DNA of 64,000 nucleotides from an uncultured archaeon (GCA_964342815.1 CAYFHS010000012.1:42421-106420), one strand, 5' to 3'. Positions 33,930 to 43,991 are shown, numbered from the stretch's first letter. The notes: a model not told the origin generated them from the letters alone. Numbers and translations: made by a program.

Positions 33930-36900
33930 CTACTTCAGCTTGATCCTAAACTCGTTTTCGATATCTTCCAGCATGTTCTCCGCCTCCTGCACACCAACAC
34001 CCTTGCCGGTAGCCTCCTTAATGGTCTTTTTAACCTCTTGGAGGACCTTTTTCCTTCTTCTTTTCCTTAAAAATACAGAGATTACAAAGAAAGCGATAAT
34101 AATTATGAAAGCAAAGGCAATGGAGAGCAAAAACACCCAGGAGCTGGCATCCTGTTTCACTTCAAGGTCCATATTCAGTTTCCCGCCGTCCAGGATCGTA
34201 ACGGTGGAGTATTTTGAATCCTTCACAATAATCGAGATATTATGTTTTCCTGACTGGGCTTCCCATATTGCAGTTGCAGTCCTCGTTTCCCCGGGGAATA
34301 TATGTGGGAACCAGATAACCCGAATCCTGGTTCCGTCCACCATGAAAGTAACGTTCACGTTCCTCGCTGCAGCGGTACCATTGTTCTTGATATGAACATT
34401 CAAGTGGACATCATCCCCTTCCATATACTCCCCTTGGTCCACGGGGACGAAGATGAGCTCCAACAGCGGGGCAGTGATGAAAATCTCGATATTTCTTATC
34501 TCTGACCAGGCACCGTCATCGTCCTCGACGCTGAATGTAATAATATGAAGACCCAGTGAGATATTGTGCCTGGAACGCAGATCCAGGTTCGAAAAATTTC
34601 CCAATTTACCGTCGACGCTCGAAACCCACAAATAGTCTCGGATATAACCTTTTTCGTACACCGCCTCATCAACTCCCCACCCTGATATCTTCATATTGCT
34701 TCCTCCCTTTTCCATTTCCCTCGATCGGGATTGGATAAAAGCAACTGGAATGTCATTGACCTCAAGGACCTTCAACGTGAACGTAAAGCTGCTCATCTCA
34801 CCAGATGGGTCAACCGCGGATACGGTTATCTCTATTTCCCCGAACCAGTTGAGGGTGGGTTCCAACCTCAGCGAGTTGTTCTCCATTATTGAAAGGTTGA
34901 TCTCTGCAAATCCTGATTGGGCAACATACAACAGTTCCAGGTCATCGGGATCGGAAAAACAATCACCAACATCCAAATAACCCGTAGTATCCTCTTTTAT
35001 GGTTACGATTTTCTCAAAACCGATGATGTCCGGTTTATCATTTACAAGGCTTACCATGAAAGAGATTGTATGATGAGCTTCGTCCTGTCCGTCGCTGGCT
35101 GTAAAAGTAATATTCTCCTTACCGTACCAGTTGTGAGCGGTTGTAATATTCACGATTCCAGACGAAATGATATTAATGATAATATTGGATGAATTGGTAA
35201 AGTTAACAGCAAGAATATCCTCGTCTATATCATAGAATATATCCGTCATATCGATTTGGTATATGGTATCATTATCCTCCTCGAGTTGAATTTCTTTTGG
35301 AGCTCCGTCGAATACCATGGGTGGATCATTCACATTCTCCCAGCTGAAGTTGAAAAATTCCTCCACGTAATCTCCGTCCTTGTCCGTGAACTTCATTAGA
35401 ACGCTTGAGTTTCCGTGAAAATTATTAATAGGATTGAAAACGAATTTGTTCGGCCCATCACCTGGCGTTACCGAGCCTATCTTGAATTTATTGAAGGTCT
35501 CAAGAGTCCAAGTTGTTTGAAGTGGATCTCTCCCGTCCTCCACGTCCCACCCGTATACGTTGAAATCCACGTTGATGGCGTGGTCTTCGAGAGAAGTAAA
35601 GGTCGGCGTAGAATTGATCATGGGAAAATTATTCACTGCCTTGAATGCTCTCAATTTCCAATCCGAGATGAAACCACTAGGATTGGTATATCTAAGCCGG
35701 AGGTCCAGTATGGTATTTATGGGTATATCCAGCGGTGGGGTGTAGCTAGAGTAGAAGTAAACCAATTCTCCATCGTCATAGAGTTCAACGGGCAATTCAT
35801 TCCAACCGCCCTCGGTATCGCCAAGCCAGATCTGGAGAGTGAGGTTCAGACCGCTTTCCCCGAATACGACATCGGTAAGATTCATTGTAATGGGAATGGC
35901 TTTTCCACGGTAGGCTATGGGTTCATGGCTGATGTCCAGCACTTTTGGATATATTACTTCGATGGTATCATTGATCGTAGTTCCTCTGTTACCCGCAACG
36001 TCTTCTGCCCATACGTAAATGTGATGTTTCCCTTCAGGGGCATCTAAAATATAATTCGTTTTATTGGTCCAGATGCCGTTATCGGTTCCACTACCATCGA
36101 AAAAGGAGATGTAATATCCCTTTATCTGTGAAGATGGAGCCGCATCGGAAAATCCGCTCCAGTTGAGGTAGATTGTCTTGTCCGAGCAATACTCGGATTT
36201 GTTCTCTATCTCAAGGGAAGCAGACGTTGACGAGGGTGCAATGGTATCAATGAAAATATCGTCCGATACGGCATCACCAATATTGAAAGAATAATCCTGT
36301 GCCCAGGCGTAAACCGTTGTGGGACCCTGATTAGGGAGTGAAATGTAATCGGTAGGCTGCCCGCCCCACAACCTGCTTGCGGGGATGACCGGTGGGGCCC
36401 CTGCGGTCCCCCATTTTTCCCATTTTGCTGCAACAGCGGCTCCACCATTGTGTTCGTAATAGTGCATTTCGAATCTATGGAAACCGCGTTCTAGATAGAC
36501 GCTGACGGTGTTTTCCGTATAGGCCCTGCTGTACCAATGGCTCAGTAACCTGACGTCATCGATATAAAGGCGTGCACCGTCGTCAGATCCTATGGTGAAA
36601 TTGTATGTAGTGGATTCATCCGCGAAAATGGAGCCGTTCCAGATTATCGAATATTGGTTGTTGCCGCAGCCGCCTCCGGGCCCGCCGTTGCCGAAATTCC
36701 GATTTATTGTGCCATCATACCTGCTGAACTTGTACTCGTTGAAGTTCATTCCATTAAAATAATGGCCCCTTATGCCGCCATTGGATATCTGACCGCTCAT
36801 TGTACCTTCATTATTTGTCGTCCCGAAATAATATCCTGCCAAACCCCTGGTGGCATCGTTATTGTCTGAAAAACCTGACCATCGGACCTGAGCAACTGTA

Positions 36901-39683
36901 GAATTCCAATACGTTAGATCGTTCTGAAGTACTATACTACCGGTAGAAGGTTCAACCAAATCAATTAAAATATTTCTGTAGAGTGCACGGTTTTGAATAT
37001 TACCTGCCCGGTCCACACCCCAAACCCAGAAATTCACCCATCCCGTCTCAGCGGTATTTATAACGCCAGTTGCCCCTTGAATGAAAAATCCGTTGCTCGT
37101 TCCACTGTTATTAACATGATTATAGTAATAACCGGATAGGCCGGATTGGTCTACCCCTGAATCAACTATATTGGAAATGCGATAATAAACATTTTTGTCA
37201 TTTGTATATCGGCTCCCGTTCTCCAACCTTAAACTTGCTCCACCGGTAAATGTTGGACGGACAGTATCAATATGAATTGAATCCGAAACTGCAATGCTGT
37301 AATGCCCGTATGCATCCTTGGCCCACACGTAAACCACGACATTCTTCCGGACCGGGGCATTGTGAATATCCACGTTGGTTTCAGTGGTATAATTGGCATC
37401 CGGTCCGCCGGACCCGTTCACGAACGAATAATAGTAACCGGTCAGCGTTGGATCGCTGAAACCTCCCCAGCTGAGATGAAGTGTCCTATCATTGGTCCAT
37501 TCGTCCCCGTTGTTTATCAACAGCCACGCATTCGAGATGTCGGGAACAAAGGCATCGATATAGATAGAGTCCTCCGTTGCATTTCCGATATTACCAGCAT
37601 TATCCACCGCCCAGACGTAAATTGTGACGGTCCCGTTTACTGCCGAAGCGGCGGTAGCATTGGTGCTGGCCGTGTAGACTCCGTTTGGCGTCCCGCTTCC
37701 ATTGGTGAAATTATAATAATATCCTTTTATACCTGCTCCCCCGGAATCGGTAAAATTGCTCCACTCGAAAAAAATATTGTTGCTACCGACATTTTCAGCG
37801 CCGCTCTCGATGATGACGTTGGCATTGGAGTTATCGGGATTCTCAAAATCCACCTGTACGGTATATTTCTGTGATGCCGTCGGGCCGTTGGTGATATCAT
37901 CGGTTCCCCGCCACTGTATGTAATTGCTGCCCCCCGCGGCGAATTCCACATTGGCCGAGGCTGAAAAAAGCTGCTGGGCAGCGCCTGCGTCACCTGTTGA
38001 GATCCACTGGCTGAGCGTCCCGTTGAAATATCGGTATTCAATGGTATTCAAGCGTACTCCCGAGGTATTGTCCCTTATATCGATCCCGCAAGTAACCATA
38101 CTTTCGTTCACCCAGTCATTTGGCGATGGGGACGGGTTCTCGAAGAATATTTCAGACGTATCCACCATTATCGTATCCGTAGCCGAAATTCCGATATTAC
38201 CTGCCTTGTCAATGGCCCATACATACACGTTCACAGTCCCGTCCTGTGCATTGGAAAGGACACCTGGACTGGAGTAATCCACGGTTCCGTTGGTGCTTCC
38301 CTGATTATTATCGAATGAATAGTAATAATGATCAATACCTGAGATTTCCGCTCCCTGGTCGATAAAGCTGGACCAAGTGAATGCCAGGTTAGAAACGTTT
38401 GTTCCGGCCGCACCGCCGTTAATTATGACATTATTGGGAGGAATGTAGGATGGTGCGCTGGTATCGAGTATTATTGTATCATTTTTCGATGATCCTATGT
38501 TACCCACATTATCCTCGGCCCATAGGTACACTGTGATTATACCCTCAACTAGGTTAGAATCAGCAATGGAAGATTGGTTTCCGTTCGTTGTATTGGTGTC
38601 CACCTTCCCCTCGTCATTGGTAAACGAATAGTAATATCGTTTTGTTCCCGAATCCGAATCCACGCTGGCATTCCAGGTTACATAGAAGGTTGTGTCGTTA
38701 TCCGCCAGAGTCCGGTTGTCTCCGAAGGAATCTGCGTGAATGGTAATATTCCCGGGCCCCGGTGGAGCCTCACCGTCCACCCTGATAATAAATGTCTGAT
38801 TTGCAGGTACGTTACCGGCTCTTCCCACAGGTAGCTTGTTTACCGAAACATTGTAATTGTTCGAGTTTTCCGAAACTGGGGCCGAGCTCATGAGGATGCT
38901 GAAGGCCTGACCCGAGGAACTGTTATTGTATGCAACAGCTCCAGTATCGTTTGTTACCGATACATTGAAATATTGATTTGATGGATAAAATACCGGAAAA
39001 CCGGTGTAATGGACCTTTGGGCCGGAAAAGGTCAGATTCTCATTGGTTCGTACCCAATCCCCACTAGCAATGGAACCCTGGTGCTGAGCAGCCACAGTCA
39101 GTGTTCCAGACATATCGAGTCCGGTTTCCACCCTAAATAGATTTGGAAAATTCGTGCTGTTTGTATTGTTCGAGGCGTCCGTTATATTCAACCTTATATC
39201 ACATAATGCCGCGTCAGGGAAGGTCCAGTTGAAATCCACATGGAAATTTACGAAGGTGTTGTTAGCATCAGTATCTCCCCAATGGGTATCGTTGGAACTC
39301 AGATTTATATAGTCTTGAGTATCTCCGCCATCCAGCTCGTAAAAATGTGTTGCGTTATCCCTTGACCAGCAAAGGGTGATGTTCTCGTCTCCAGGCTCGA
39401 TGGTGATATTCACATATTTGATATCATTGGCTCCATCGGTATCATTGATGGTGGCGTTGAAGTGGTATGATTTGAATCTTGCGAGGCATACGTCTCCCAG
39501 CTCGCCGTTCTCGAGAACGAGATCCTCGATGTCCGGCTCGGCCTGTCCCAGTTGCGGACCAATATCTGCAATTGAAAGAAATGATAGAATATCCAATCCG
39601 GAAAGGAGAAAAAGAACCGTAACCGACAAGATGAGAATAGGTTTCACAGTGGAAAAGCAATAGGATTTTTTTTTCGTCATCAT
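33930..39683 (-). CDS. giant PA14-domain surface adhesin, C-terminally TM-anchored
   Basis: The track ORF begins at TTG 39695; ATG 39683 (MMTKKK...) with a GGGTG spacer is preferred, giving 1917 aa. Signal/anchor ILILSVTVLFLLSGL, seven modules of about 105 aa, a PA14 domain, three cadherin-like modules ending VNDxP, PKD-like and CARDB-like domains, a TM, and a basic tail. Confidence 0.9.
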   Translation of the reverse strand: MMTKKKSYCFSTVKPILILSVTVLFLLSGLDILSFLSIADIGPQLGQAEPDIEDLVLENGELGDVCLARFKSYHFNATINDTDGANDIKYVNITIEPGDENITLCWSRDNATHFYELDGGDTQDYINLSSNDTHWGDTDANNTFVNFHVDFNWTFPDAALCDIRLNITDASNNTNSTNFPNLFRVETGLDMSGTLTVAAQHQGSIASGDWVRTNENLTFSGPKVHYTGFPVFYPSNQYFNVSVTNDTGAVAYNNSSSGQAFSILMSSAPVSENSNNYNVSVNKLPVGRAGNVPANQTFIIRVDGEAPPGPGNITIHADSFGDNRTLADNDTTFYVTWNASVDSDSGTKRYYYSFTNDEGKVDTNTTNGNQSSIADSNLVEGIITVYLWAEDNVGNIGSSKNDTIILDTSAPSYIPPNNVIINGGAAGTNVSNLAFTWSSFIDQGAEISGIDHYYYSFDNNQGSTNGTVDYSSPGVLSNAQDGTVNVYVWAIDKAGNIGISATDTIMVDTSEIFFENPSPSPNDWVNESMVTCGIDIRDNTSGVRLNTIEYRYFNGTLSQWISTGDAGAAQQLFSASANVEFAAGGSNYIQWRGTDDITNGPTASQKYTVQVDFENPDNSNANVIIESGAENVGSNNIFFEWSNFTDSGGAGIKGYYYNFTNGSGTPNGVYTASTNATAASAVNGTVTIYVWAVDNAGNIGNATEDSIYIDAFVPDISNAWLLINNGDEWTNDRTLHLSWGGFSDPTLTGYYYSFVNGSGGPDANYTTETNVDIHNAPVRKNVVVYVWAKDAYGHYSIAVSDSIHIDTVRPTFTGGASLRLENGSRYTNDKNVYYRISNIVDSGVDQSGLSGYYYNHVNNSGTSNGFFIQGATGVINTAETGWVNFWVWGVDRAGNIQNRALYRNILIDLVEPSTGSIVLQNDLTYWNSTVAQVRWSGFSDNNDATRGLAGYYFGTTNNEGTMSGQISNGGIRGHYFNGMNFNEYKFSRYDGTINRNFGNGGPGGGCGNNQYSIIWNGSIFADESTTYNFTIGSDDGARLYIDDVRLLSHWYSRAYTENTVSVYLERGFHRFEMHYYEHNGGAAVAAKWEKWGTAGAPPVIPASRLWGGQPTDYISLPNQGPTTVYAWAQDYSFNIGDAVSDDIFIDTIAPSSTSASLEIENKSEYCSDKTIYLNWSGFSDAAPSSQIKGYYISFFDGSGTDNGIWTNKTNYILDAPEGKHHIYVWAEDVAGNRGTTINDTIEVIYPKVLDISHEPIAYRGKAIPITMNLTDVVFGESGLNLTLQIWLGDTEGGWNELPVELYDDGELVYFYSSYTPPLDIPINTILDLRLRYTNPSGFISDWKLRAFKAVNNFPMINSTPTFTSLEDHAINVDFNVYGWDVEDGRDPLQTTWTLETFNKFKIGSVTPGDGPNKFVFNPINNFHGNSSVLMKFTDKDGDYVEEFFNFSWENVNDPPMVFDGAPKEIQLEEDNDTIYQIDMTDIFYDIDEDILAVNFTNSSNIIINIISSGIVNITTAHNWYGKENITFTASDGQDEAHHTISFMVSLVNDKPDIIGFEKIVTIKEDTTGYLDVGDCFSDPDDLELLYVAQSGFAEINLSIMENNSLRLEPTLNWFGEIEITVSAVDPSGEMSSFTFTLKVLEVNDIPVAFIQSRSREMEKGGSNMKISGWGVDEAVYEKGYIRDYLWVSSVDGKLGNFSNLDLRSRHNISLGLHIITFSVEDDDGAWSEIRNIEIFITAPLLELIFVPVDQGEYMEGDDVHLNVHIKNNGTAAARNVNVTFMVDGTRIRVIWFPHIFPGETRTATAIWEAQSGKHNISIIVKDSKYSTVTILDGGKLNMDLEVKQDASSWVFLLSIAFAFIIIIAFFVISVFLRKRRRKKVLQEVKKTIKEATGKGVGVQEAENMLEDIENEFRIKLK
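35946..38798 (-). repeat. seven tandem Ig-like modules of about 105 aa in the adhesin (G-Y-Y-Y-x-F ... N-G ... V-Y-V-W-A-x-D-x-A-G-N-x-G ... D-T-x-x-P)
   Basis: The aligned signatures are RYYYSFTNDEGK...VYLWAEDNVGNIG, HYYYSFDNNQGS...VYVWAIDKAGNIG, GYYYNFTNGSGT...IYVWAVDNAGNIG, GYYYSFVNGSGG...VYVWAKDAYGHYS, GYYYNHVNNSGT...FWVWGVDRAGNIQ, GYYFGTTNNEGT...VYAWAQDYSFNIG and GYYISFFDGSGT...IYVWAEDVAGNRG. Confidence 0.75.
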
Positions 39684-39940
39684 ATGTACACCCAAAAAAT
39701 CTGGAAATGGTAGAGACCTATGAATACATGTTACAATGTTGCTGCTGTTTATCTACTATTATCAGACAATATTTCGATTCCAGTAATACAATCGGTATAT
39801 AAAATATCTGGTATATTATATATTAATTGTTGAACAAATTCTAAATCCATATCCCTTTTATTTTCTCGTTCATTATATACTTCAAAATTTTAGGGAAAGT
39901 GGATTTCAATGATGGGCCAATTTTTCAATTCAGCATTGCG

Positions 39941-41380
39941 TCATAAACGGCGCTCATGGATCGATTCCTCTACCATCTCCCTGCCCAATTCAAGCAGTTC
40001 ATCGGCCCTGGCTTGTGTCATGGCATCCGAATAGAGGCGGAAAAGGGGTTCCGTTCCAGAAGGCCGCAGCAGAAGCCATGAATCGTCATTGAATAAACGT
40101 TTCAGTCCGTCTACAGTGAGATCCTTCACACACCCCTTCAGCAAAGCAGGGGAATTATGAAAACGCCTAATAACACTTTCATATACCTTATCCTTCACGT
40201 CATCCGGACACCTGAACTGCCCCTTTGCCTGATAGAATCGAGGAAACTCTTCCGTGAGCTCCCTAAGAGTCTTCTCTCTCTCAGCCATTATCTGCAGCAG
40301 GAAAAGCGTGGCCAATATCCCATCGCACCAATGCACGTGCTTGGCAAAATAGTACTTTCCGCTCTCCTCGTAGGCAAATACCGCTCTGCTTTCATGAACT
40401 GATAGAACCCTTTCTGTATCCGGTTGACCGATCCTGCAGTATTCCACAGCGACCCCATACTGTTTAGCGAGATAATCTATAAGACCAGAAGAGTTTACAG
40501 GAGTTACACAAACTGGATTTTCTTGACCATTATTTAGGCATTTCTCGAATATCCATTTTCCAAAAACCGCACCCATGACATCCTCAGATACCACTTCCCC
40601 TGTTTCGTCCACGAATAACACCCGATCGGCATCCAGGTCGGTAGCGGCAGCGAGGGACGCGTTGCTGTTAAGAAGCGAGTTTACCGTAGTACCAAGAGTA
40701 TGCTTTCTCGGTTCGGGAGGGCGTTCGGGGTCTCCACTGTGATGGTCATGCAACCTTATTACCTCGATGCCGCACTTCTCTATAATGGAAGGCAGGATAC
40801 CTGAGGCTGTCCCGTTCCCGGGATCCATCACAACCCTGAAATTATCTCGCTTTGCCAACTTGGCAATTGATTCTTGATCAACCAGATTTAAAAGGAATCG
40901 TTCGTAGCGATCCAAAACACCGCAGTCTGTTTCCACGGTCCCGATGGATTGCATCACGATCTTTTTTCGTTCTTCGAGCCCGTTGAAATACCGATCCTCG
41001 ACTTCCAATGCCTGATCATCGCCGATATAAGACGCGGTAGAATCCATGTAGATAAGACCCACTCTATCGGGAGGCATATGAGAACCGGTCACCATCACCC
41101 CACCGGCCGCTTCCATTACCTTCAATGCATAACCCAATGCAGGGGTAGGAACAATTCCGCAATCAATTACTTTCAAACCCATTGACTGCAGCCCCGCCGA
41201 TATGGCGCAGCAGAGCATGGAAGTACCAAAACGGGTATCCCGGCCCATTACGACCTTCCCGGAGCCCAGCCAATCAGCAAAAGCCATGGACAATTTCATA
41301 GCCAGTTCCGGTGTAATCTCAGTATTTGTTGCTCCCCTGACTCCACTGGTACCGAACATTCTCGGTTTTCTTTTTATCAT
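39941..41380 (-). CDS. phosphohexomutase (phosphoglucosamine / phosphomannomutase family)
   Basis: The start is ATG 41380 (MIKRKPRMFGTSGVRG) with an AGGTG RBS. The track start 41446 would overlap the upstream gene. Active-site loop TGSHMPPDRVG, Mg loop AATDLDADR, and a sugar/phosphate-binding C-terminus LLRPSGTEPLFRLY. Confidence 0.9.
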   Translation of the reverse strand: MIKRKPRMFGTSGVRGATNTEITPELAMKLSMAFADWLGSGKVVMGRDTRFGTSMLCCAISAGLQSMGLKVIDCGIVPTPALGYALKVMEAAGGVMVTGSHMPPDRVGLIYMDSTASYIGDDQALEVEDRYFNGLEERKKIVMQSIGTVETDCGVLDRYERFLLNLVDQESIAKLAKRDNFRVVMDPGNGTASGILPSIIEKCGIEVIRLHDHHSGDPERPPEPRKHTLGTTVNSLLNSNASLAAATDLDADRVLFVDETGEVVSEDVMGAVFGKWIFEKCLNNGQENPVCVTPVNSSGLIDYLAKQYGVAVEYCRIGQPDTERVLSVHESRAVFAYEESGKYYFAKHVHWCDGILATLFLLQIMAEREKTLRELTEEFPRFYQAKGQFRCPDDVKDKVYESVIRRFHNSPALLKGCVKDLTVDGLKRLFNDDSWLLLRPSGTEPLFRLYSDAMTQARADELLELGREMVEESIHERRL

Positions 41381-41402
41381 TATGAGCACCTGTCGAAAAA
41401 AT

Positions 41403-42857
41403 TCACACCCTGAACAATATTTTCTCGCTTTTGAACATCTTAACACAGAGATAAATCAAAATGGCGGCTGCCAATACCGTGACAATAATATTCAGCAGAA
41501 GCAGGCTGACGGTCAATTTCCCAAGCAGCAGGTCTTTCATTGCGAAAACAGAAGAAGCGATGGGGATCAAATATACCTTTTTCGATATATCGAAATTAAT
41601 GCTCATTGTCATTATCCCCAGAAATATTACTATGAAGAATACCGGTGTCATATAGCTGCTGGCTTCTTTGAGATTCCGTGCAAAGGTACCGACTAAAATT
41701 ATTATAGAGACCAACACGGTTGAAAGGGGAATAAGTATCAGGAAAAGGCCGACTACGACCCAAGGAGTGAAGACCGCAAAGGCCGAGCTTGTGCCTCCAC
41801 CTCCGAAAATAATTCCGAAAGTAAGGATTATTCCAAGACCACCGATGGTGAAAAGAGCTGATACAAAGGAGACCACCATTACAGAAATGATTTTTCCTAT
41901 TACTATGGACGTCCGGGCAACTTTGTTAACGAGGAGTGTTCCAAGTGTGTTCCGCTCCTTTTCTCCTGCAACGGCGTCAAGACCGATGCTCATTGCACCG
42001 CTCATGAGGTATATGACCACGAAATAAGGCAGAATCATACCTAGGATGGAGCCTGATTTCTCCTCAGTTGTGGCTGTATCGACATATTCATGATCCACCA
42101 CATTGAGGATGTCATCATCAATCGTGCGGAAAAAATTCAGCTCGCCACTGGCGTTTCGTATCCGATAAGCATGCAGTCCATCGGCGATACTCCACCATTC
42201 TTCTGAAACTTTTGTTACGGCTGAATCTTCGCCAAGTTTGATGTTATGATTCATAAGAATTCCTTTTAATGTAGTGTTCAGGCTGCCGTTGCCGAGGAAT
42301 CTTATATATTCAGCAGGGAGAGAGAATAAAAAAACCTCTTTTTGGTCCAGGCGGCGCCCGCGCTCATCCAGTATGAAATCCCAGATGAGATTGATAAATG
42401 TGTCCTTGGCCCTCGCTGACGCCGGTACCGCCGAAGAATAGGAAATTGTTATATTGCCTGTGAGATAATCCTCCACGTTATCGGTGAAATTATCCGGGAA
42501 CTGAACGTAAAGTTCCAGCTTTTCGCTGGAAATGTCCTGTACCGGATGGGATGAATTGATAATGGTAAAATTTTCCGATCTTTCGATATACAACACGAAA
42601 TCCTGGGCATGGCTGCCGTTCTCTACTGCGACATTGAATATTCTCTCCTGCAGCTTCTGCTCCGAGATATAAAAGAAACTTCCCATGCCCAGCAGGAAAA
42701 GGGGTAACAGTAAAAGAGGAACCAGGGTAACTGTTATAACAACTCTCTTCTGTCGAATGATGCCTCTAAGTTCATTGGCGGCAATGACCATGAAATCGGG
42801 CATATCAAGCAGATTCTCACGAGGTCGGGGAATTTCAGGCTTGGGTTTTTCGGCCAT
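41403..42857 (-). CDS. ABC-2 type transporter permease (NatB-like)
   Basis: 484 aa. An N-terminal TM, an extracytoplasmic loop of about 200 aa, then 5 clustered TM segments. It lies immediately downstream of the ABC ATPase, with a 1-nt gap. Confidence 0.8.
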   Translation of the reverse strand: MAEKPKPEIPRPRENLLDMPDFMVIAANELRGIIRQKRVVITVTLVPLLLLPLFLLGMGSFFYISEQKLQERIFNVAVENGSHAQDFVLYIERSENFTIINSSHPVQDISSEKLELYVQFPDNFTDNVEDYLTGNITISYSSAVPASARAKDTFINLIWDFILDERGRRLDQKEVFLFSLPAEYIRFLGNGSLNTTLKGILMNHNIKLGEDSAVTKVSEEWWSIADGLHAYRIRNASGELNFFRTIDDDILNVVDHEYVDTATTEEKSGSILGMILPYFVVIYLMSGAMSIGLDAVAGEKERNTLGTLLVNKVARTSIVIGKIISVMVVSFVSALFTIGGLGIILTFGIIFGGGGTSSAFAVFTPWVVVGLFLILIPLSTVLVSIIILVGTFARNLKEASSYMTPVFFIVIFLGIMTMSINFDISKKVYLIPIASSVFAMKDLLLGKLTVSLLLLNIIVTVLAAAILIYLCVKMFKSEKILFRV

Positions 42858-42858
42858 A

Positions 42859-43608
42859 TCAGGCAGCCTCCCTTATGTTAACCTTTTCCGCAAGCTTGAA
42901 AAAGGTTTCCTCAAGTGAATTTACTTGATATTTCTCGTTCAATTCCTCAACTGTTCCGCTGGCCATCAATTTACCATTGAGAAGAATGCCTATGCGGTCG
43001 CACAATTTCTCCGCAATTGCCATGTAATGGGTTGAAATTATTATGGTCTTACCCCTGGTCTTCTCGGCCAATAGAAGATCAGTAACGGATTTGGCGGTCA
43101 TGATATCCAAACCGGAAGTAGGCTCGTCAAAGATTATTACCTTTGGATCGTGGATCAGGGCCACGGCTATAGCGGCCTTCTGAGCGTTTCCGTGGGACAG
43201 TTTATCTATGAGCAGGTCTCTGTATTCGTCGATCTTGAAGCGTGAGAAAAGAAAGTTCTCCCTTGCTGTTATTATTTTCTTGGGCATGCGGTTGAGCTTG
43301 CCGTAGAAAGTAACGAGTTCATGAGGGGTGAAATTGGGGCTGAGTTTCATCTGAGCCGTGAGGAAACCCAAAGAACCCCTGACCTTCCCCGACTCCTTTT
43401 CGGTGGAAAATCCGTTAACGGTTATTTTACCCTTGGTAGGTTTCAACAATGTTGCCAGCATTCTCAATGAAGTGGTCTTTCCCGCACCATTGGGACCCAG
43501 GAGACCGTATATCTCACCCGGACGTACCGTAAAGGATACGTCATTCACTGCTGTTAGCGAACCGCTTTTGGTCTCGAATATTTTTGTAATCTGCTCGCTT
43601 TTAATCAC
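42859..43608 (-). CDS. ABC transporter ATP-binding protein (NatA-like)
   Basis: 249 aa with a GTG start. Walker A GPNGAGKTT, signature LSHGNAQK, Walker B VIIFDEPTSGLD. Confidence 0.9.
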   Translation of the reverse strand: MIKSEQITKIFETKSGSLTAVNDVSFTVRPGEIYGLLGPNGAGKTTSLRMLATLLKPTKGKITVNGFSTEKESGKVRGSLGFLTAQMKLSPNFTPHELVTFYGKLNRMPKKIITARENFLFSRFKIDEYRDLLIDKLSHGNAQKAAIAVALIHDPKVIIFDEPTSGLDIMTAKSVTDLLLAEKTRGKTIIISTHYMAIAEKLCDRIGILLNGKLMASGTVEELNEKYQVNSLEETFFKLAEKVNIREAA

Positions 43609-43991
43609 TCTATCGCCTACGGAGGTTTATCTGGAATACGGAGCGATAGTGGGATTTGGATAAATCAATGTTTCCTTGTTATTGGATTTTTGGTCAATAG
43701 ATTAGTAGGGTCAATTAACATATATGGATCAATTAGCGAAATATAAATTCTAATGAAAGTTGGGTTCGGCCTCGATGATTGATTAATCTCATATGCCTCC
43801 AAAAACTATATGAAAGTCTAAGCTATTCATGAATGAAATGAGTCTGTAGTGAGATTTCAAATCGTCGCTTTGAAAAAGATCAGGCGTGATCCAGAGAAAA
43901 AATGAACGCTATATAATCACTGAACCGATAGTGAAAATGATAAGAACGAGAATCGAGAGGTGAATTGGCTCATCTGTCATGAAATAATATA

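Noticed and set aside
35415-37874. Plus-strand ORFs of 190-210 aa (35415..36047 and 37302..37874) inside the adhesin gene.
   Set aside because: They are antisense shadows. The minus-strand frame encodes the recognisable PA14 and repeat modules.
41202-41696. A 164-aa plus-strand ORF, and the 41381..41446 extension of the phosphohexomutase ORF.
   Set aside because: The plus-strand ORF spans the junction of two supported minus-strand genes. The extension overlaps the permease gene, while ATG 41380 has an AGGTG RBS and gives the canonical MFGTSGVRG N-terminus.
43609-43660. Inverted repeat CTATCGC...GCGATAG near the ABC ATPase start, considered as a possible hairpin or terminator.
   Set aside because: The stem is only 7 bp with a loop of about 26 nt, and it lies at the 5' end of a gene rather than the 3' end. 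It is within chance expectation.
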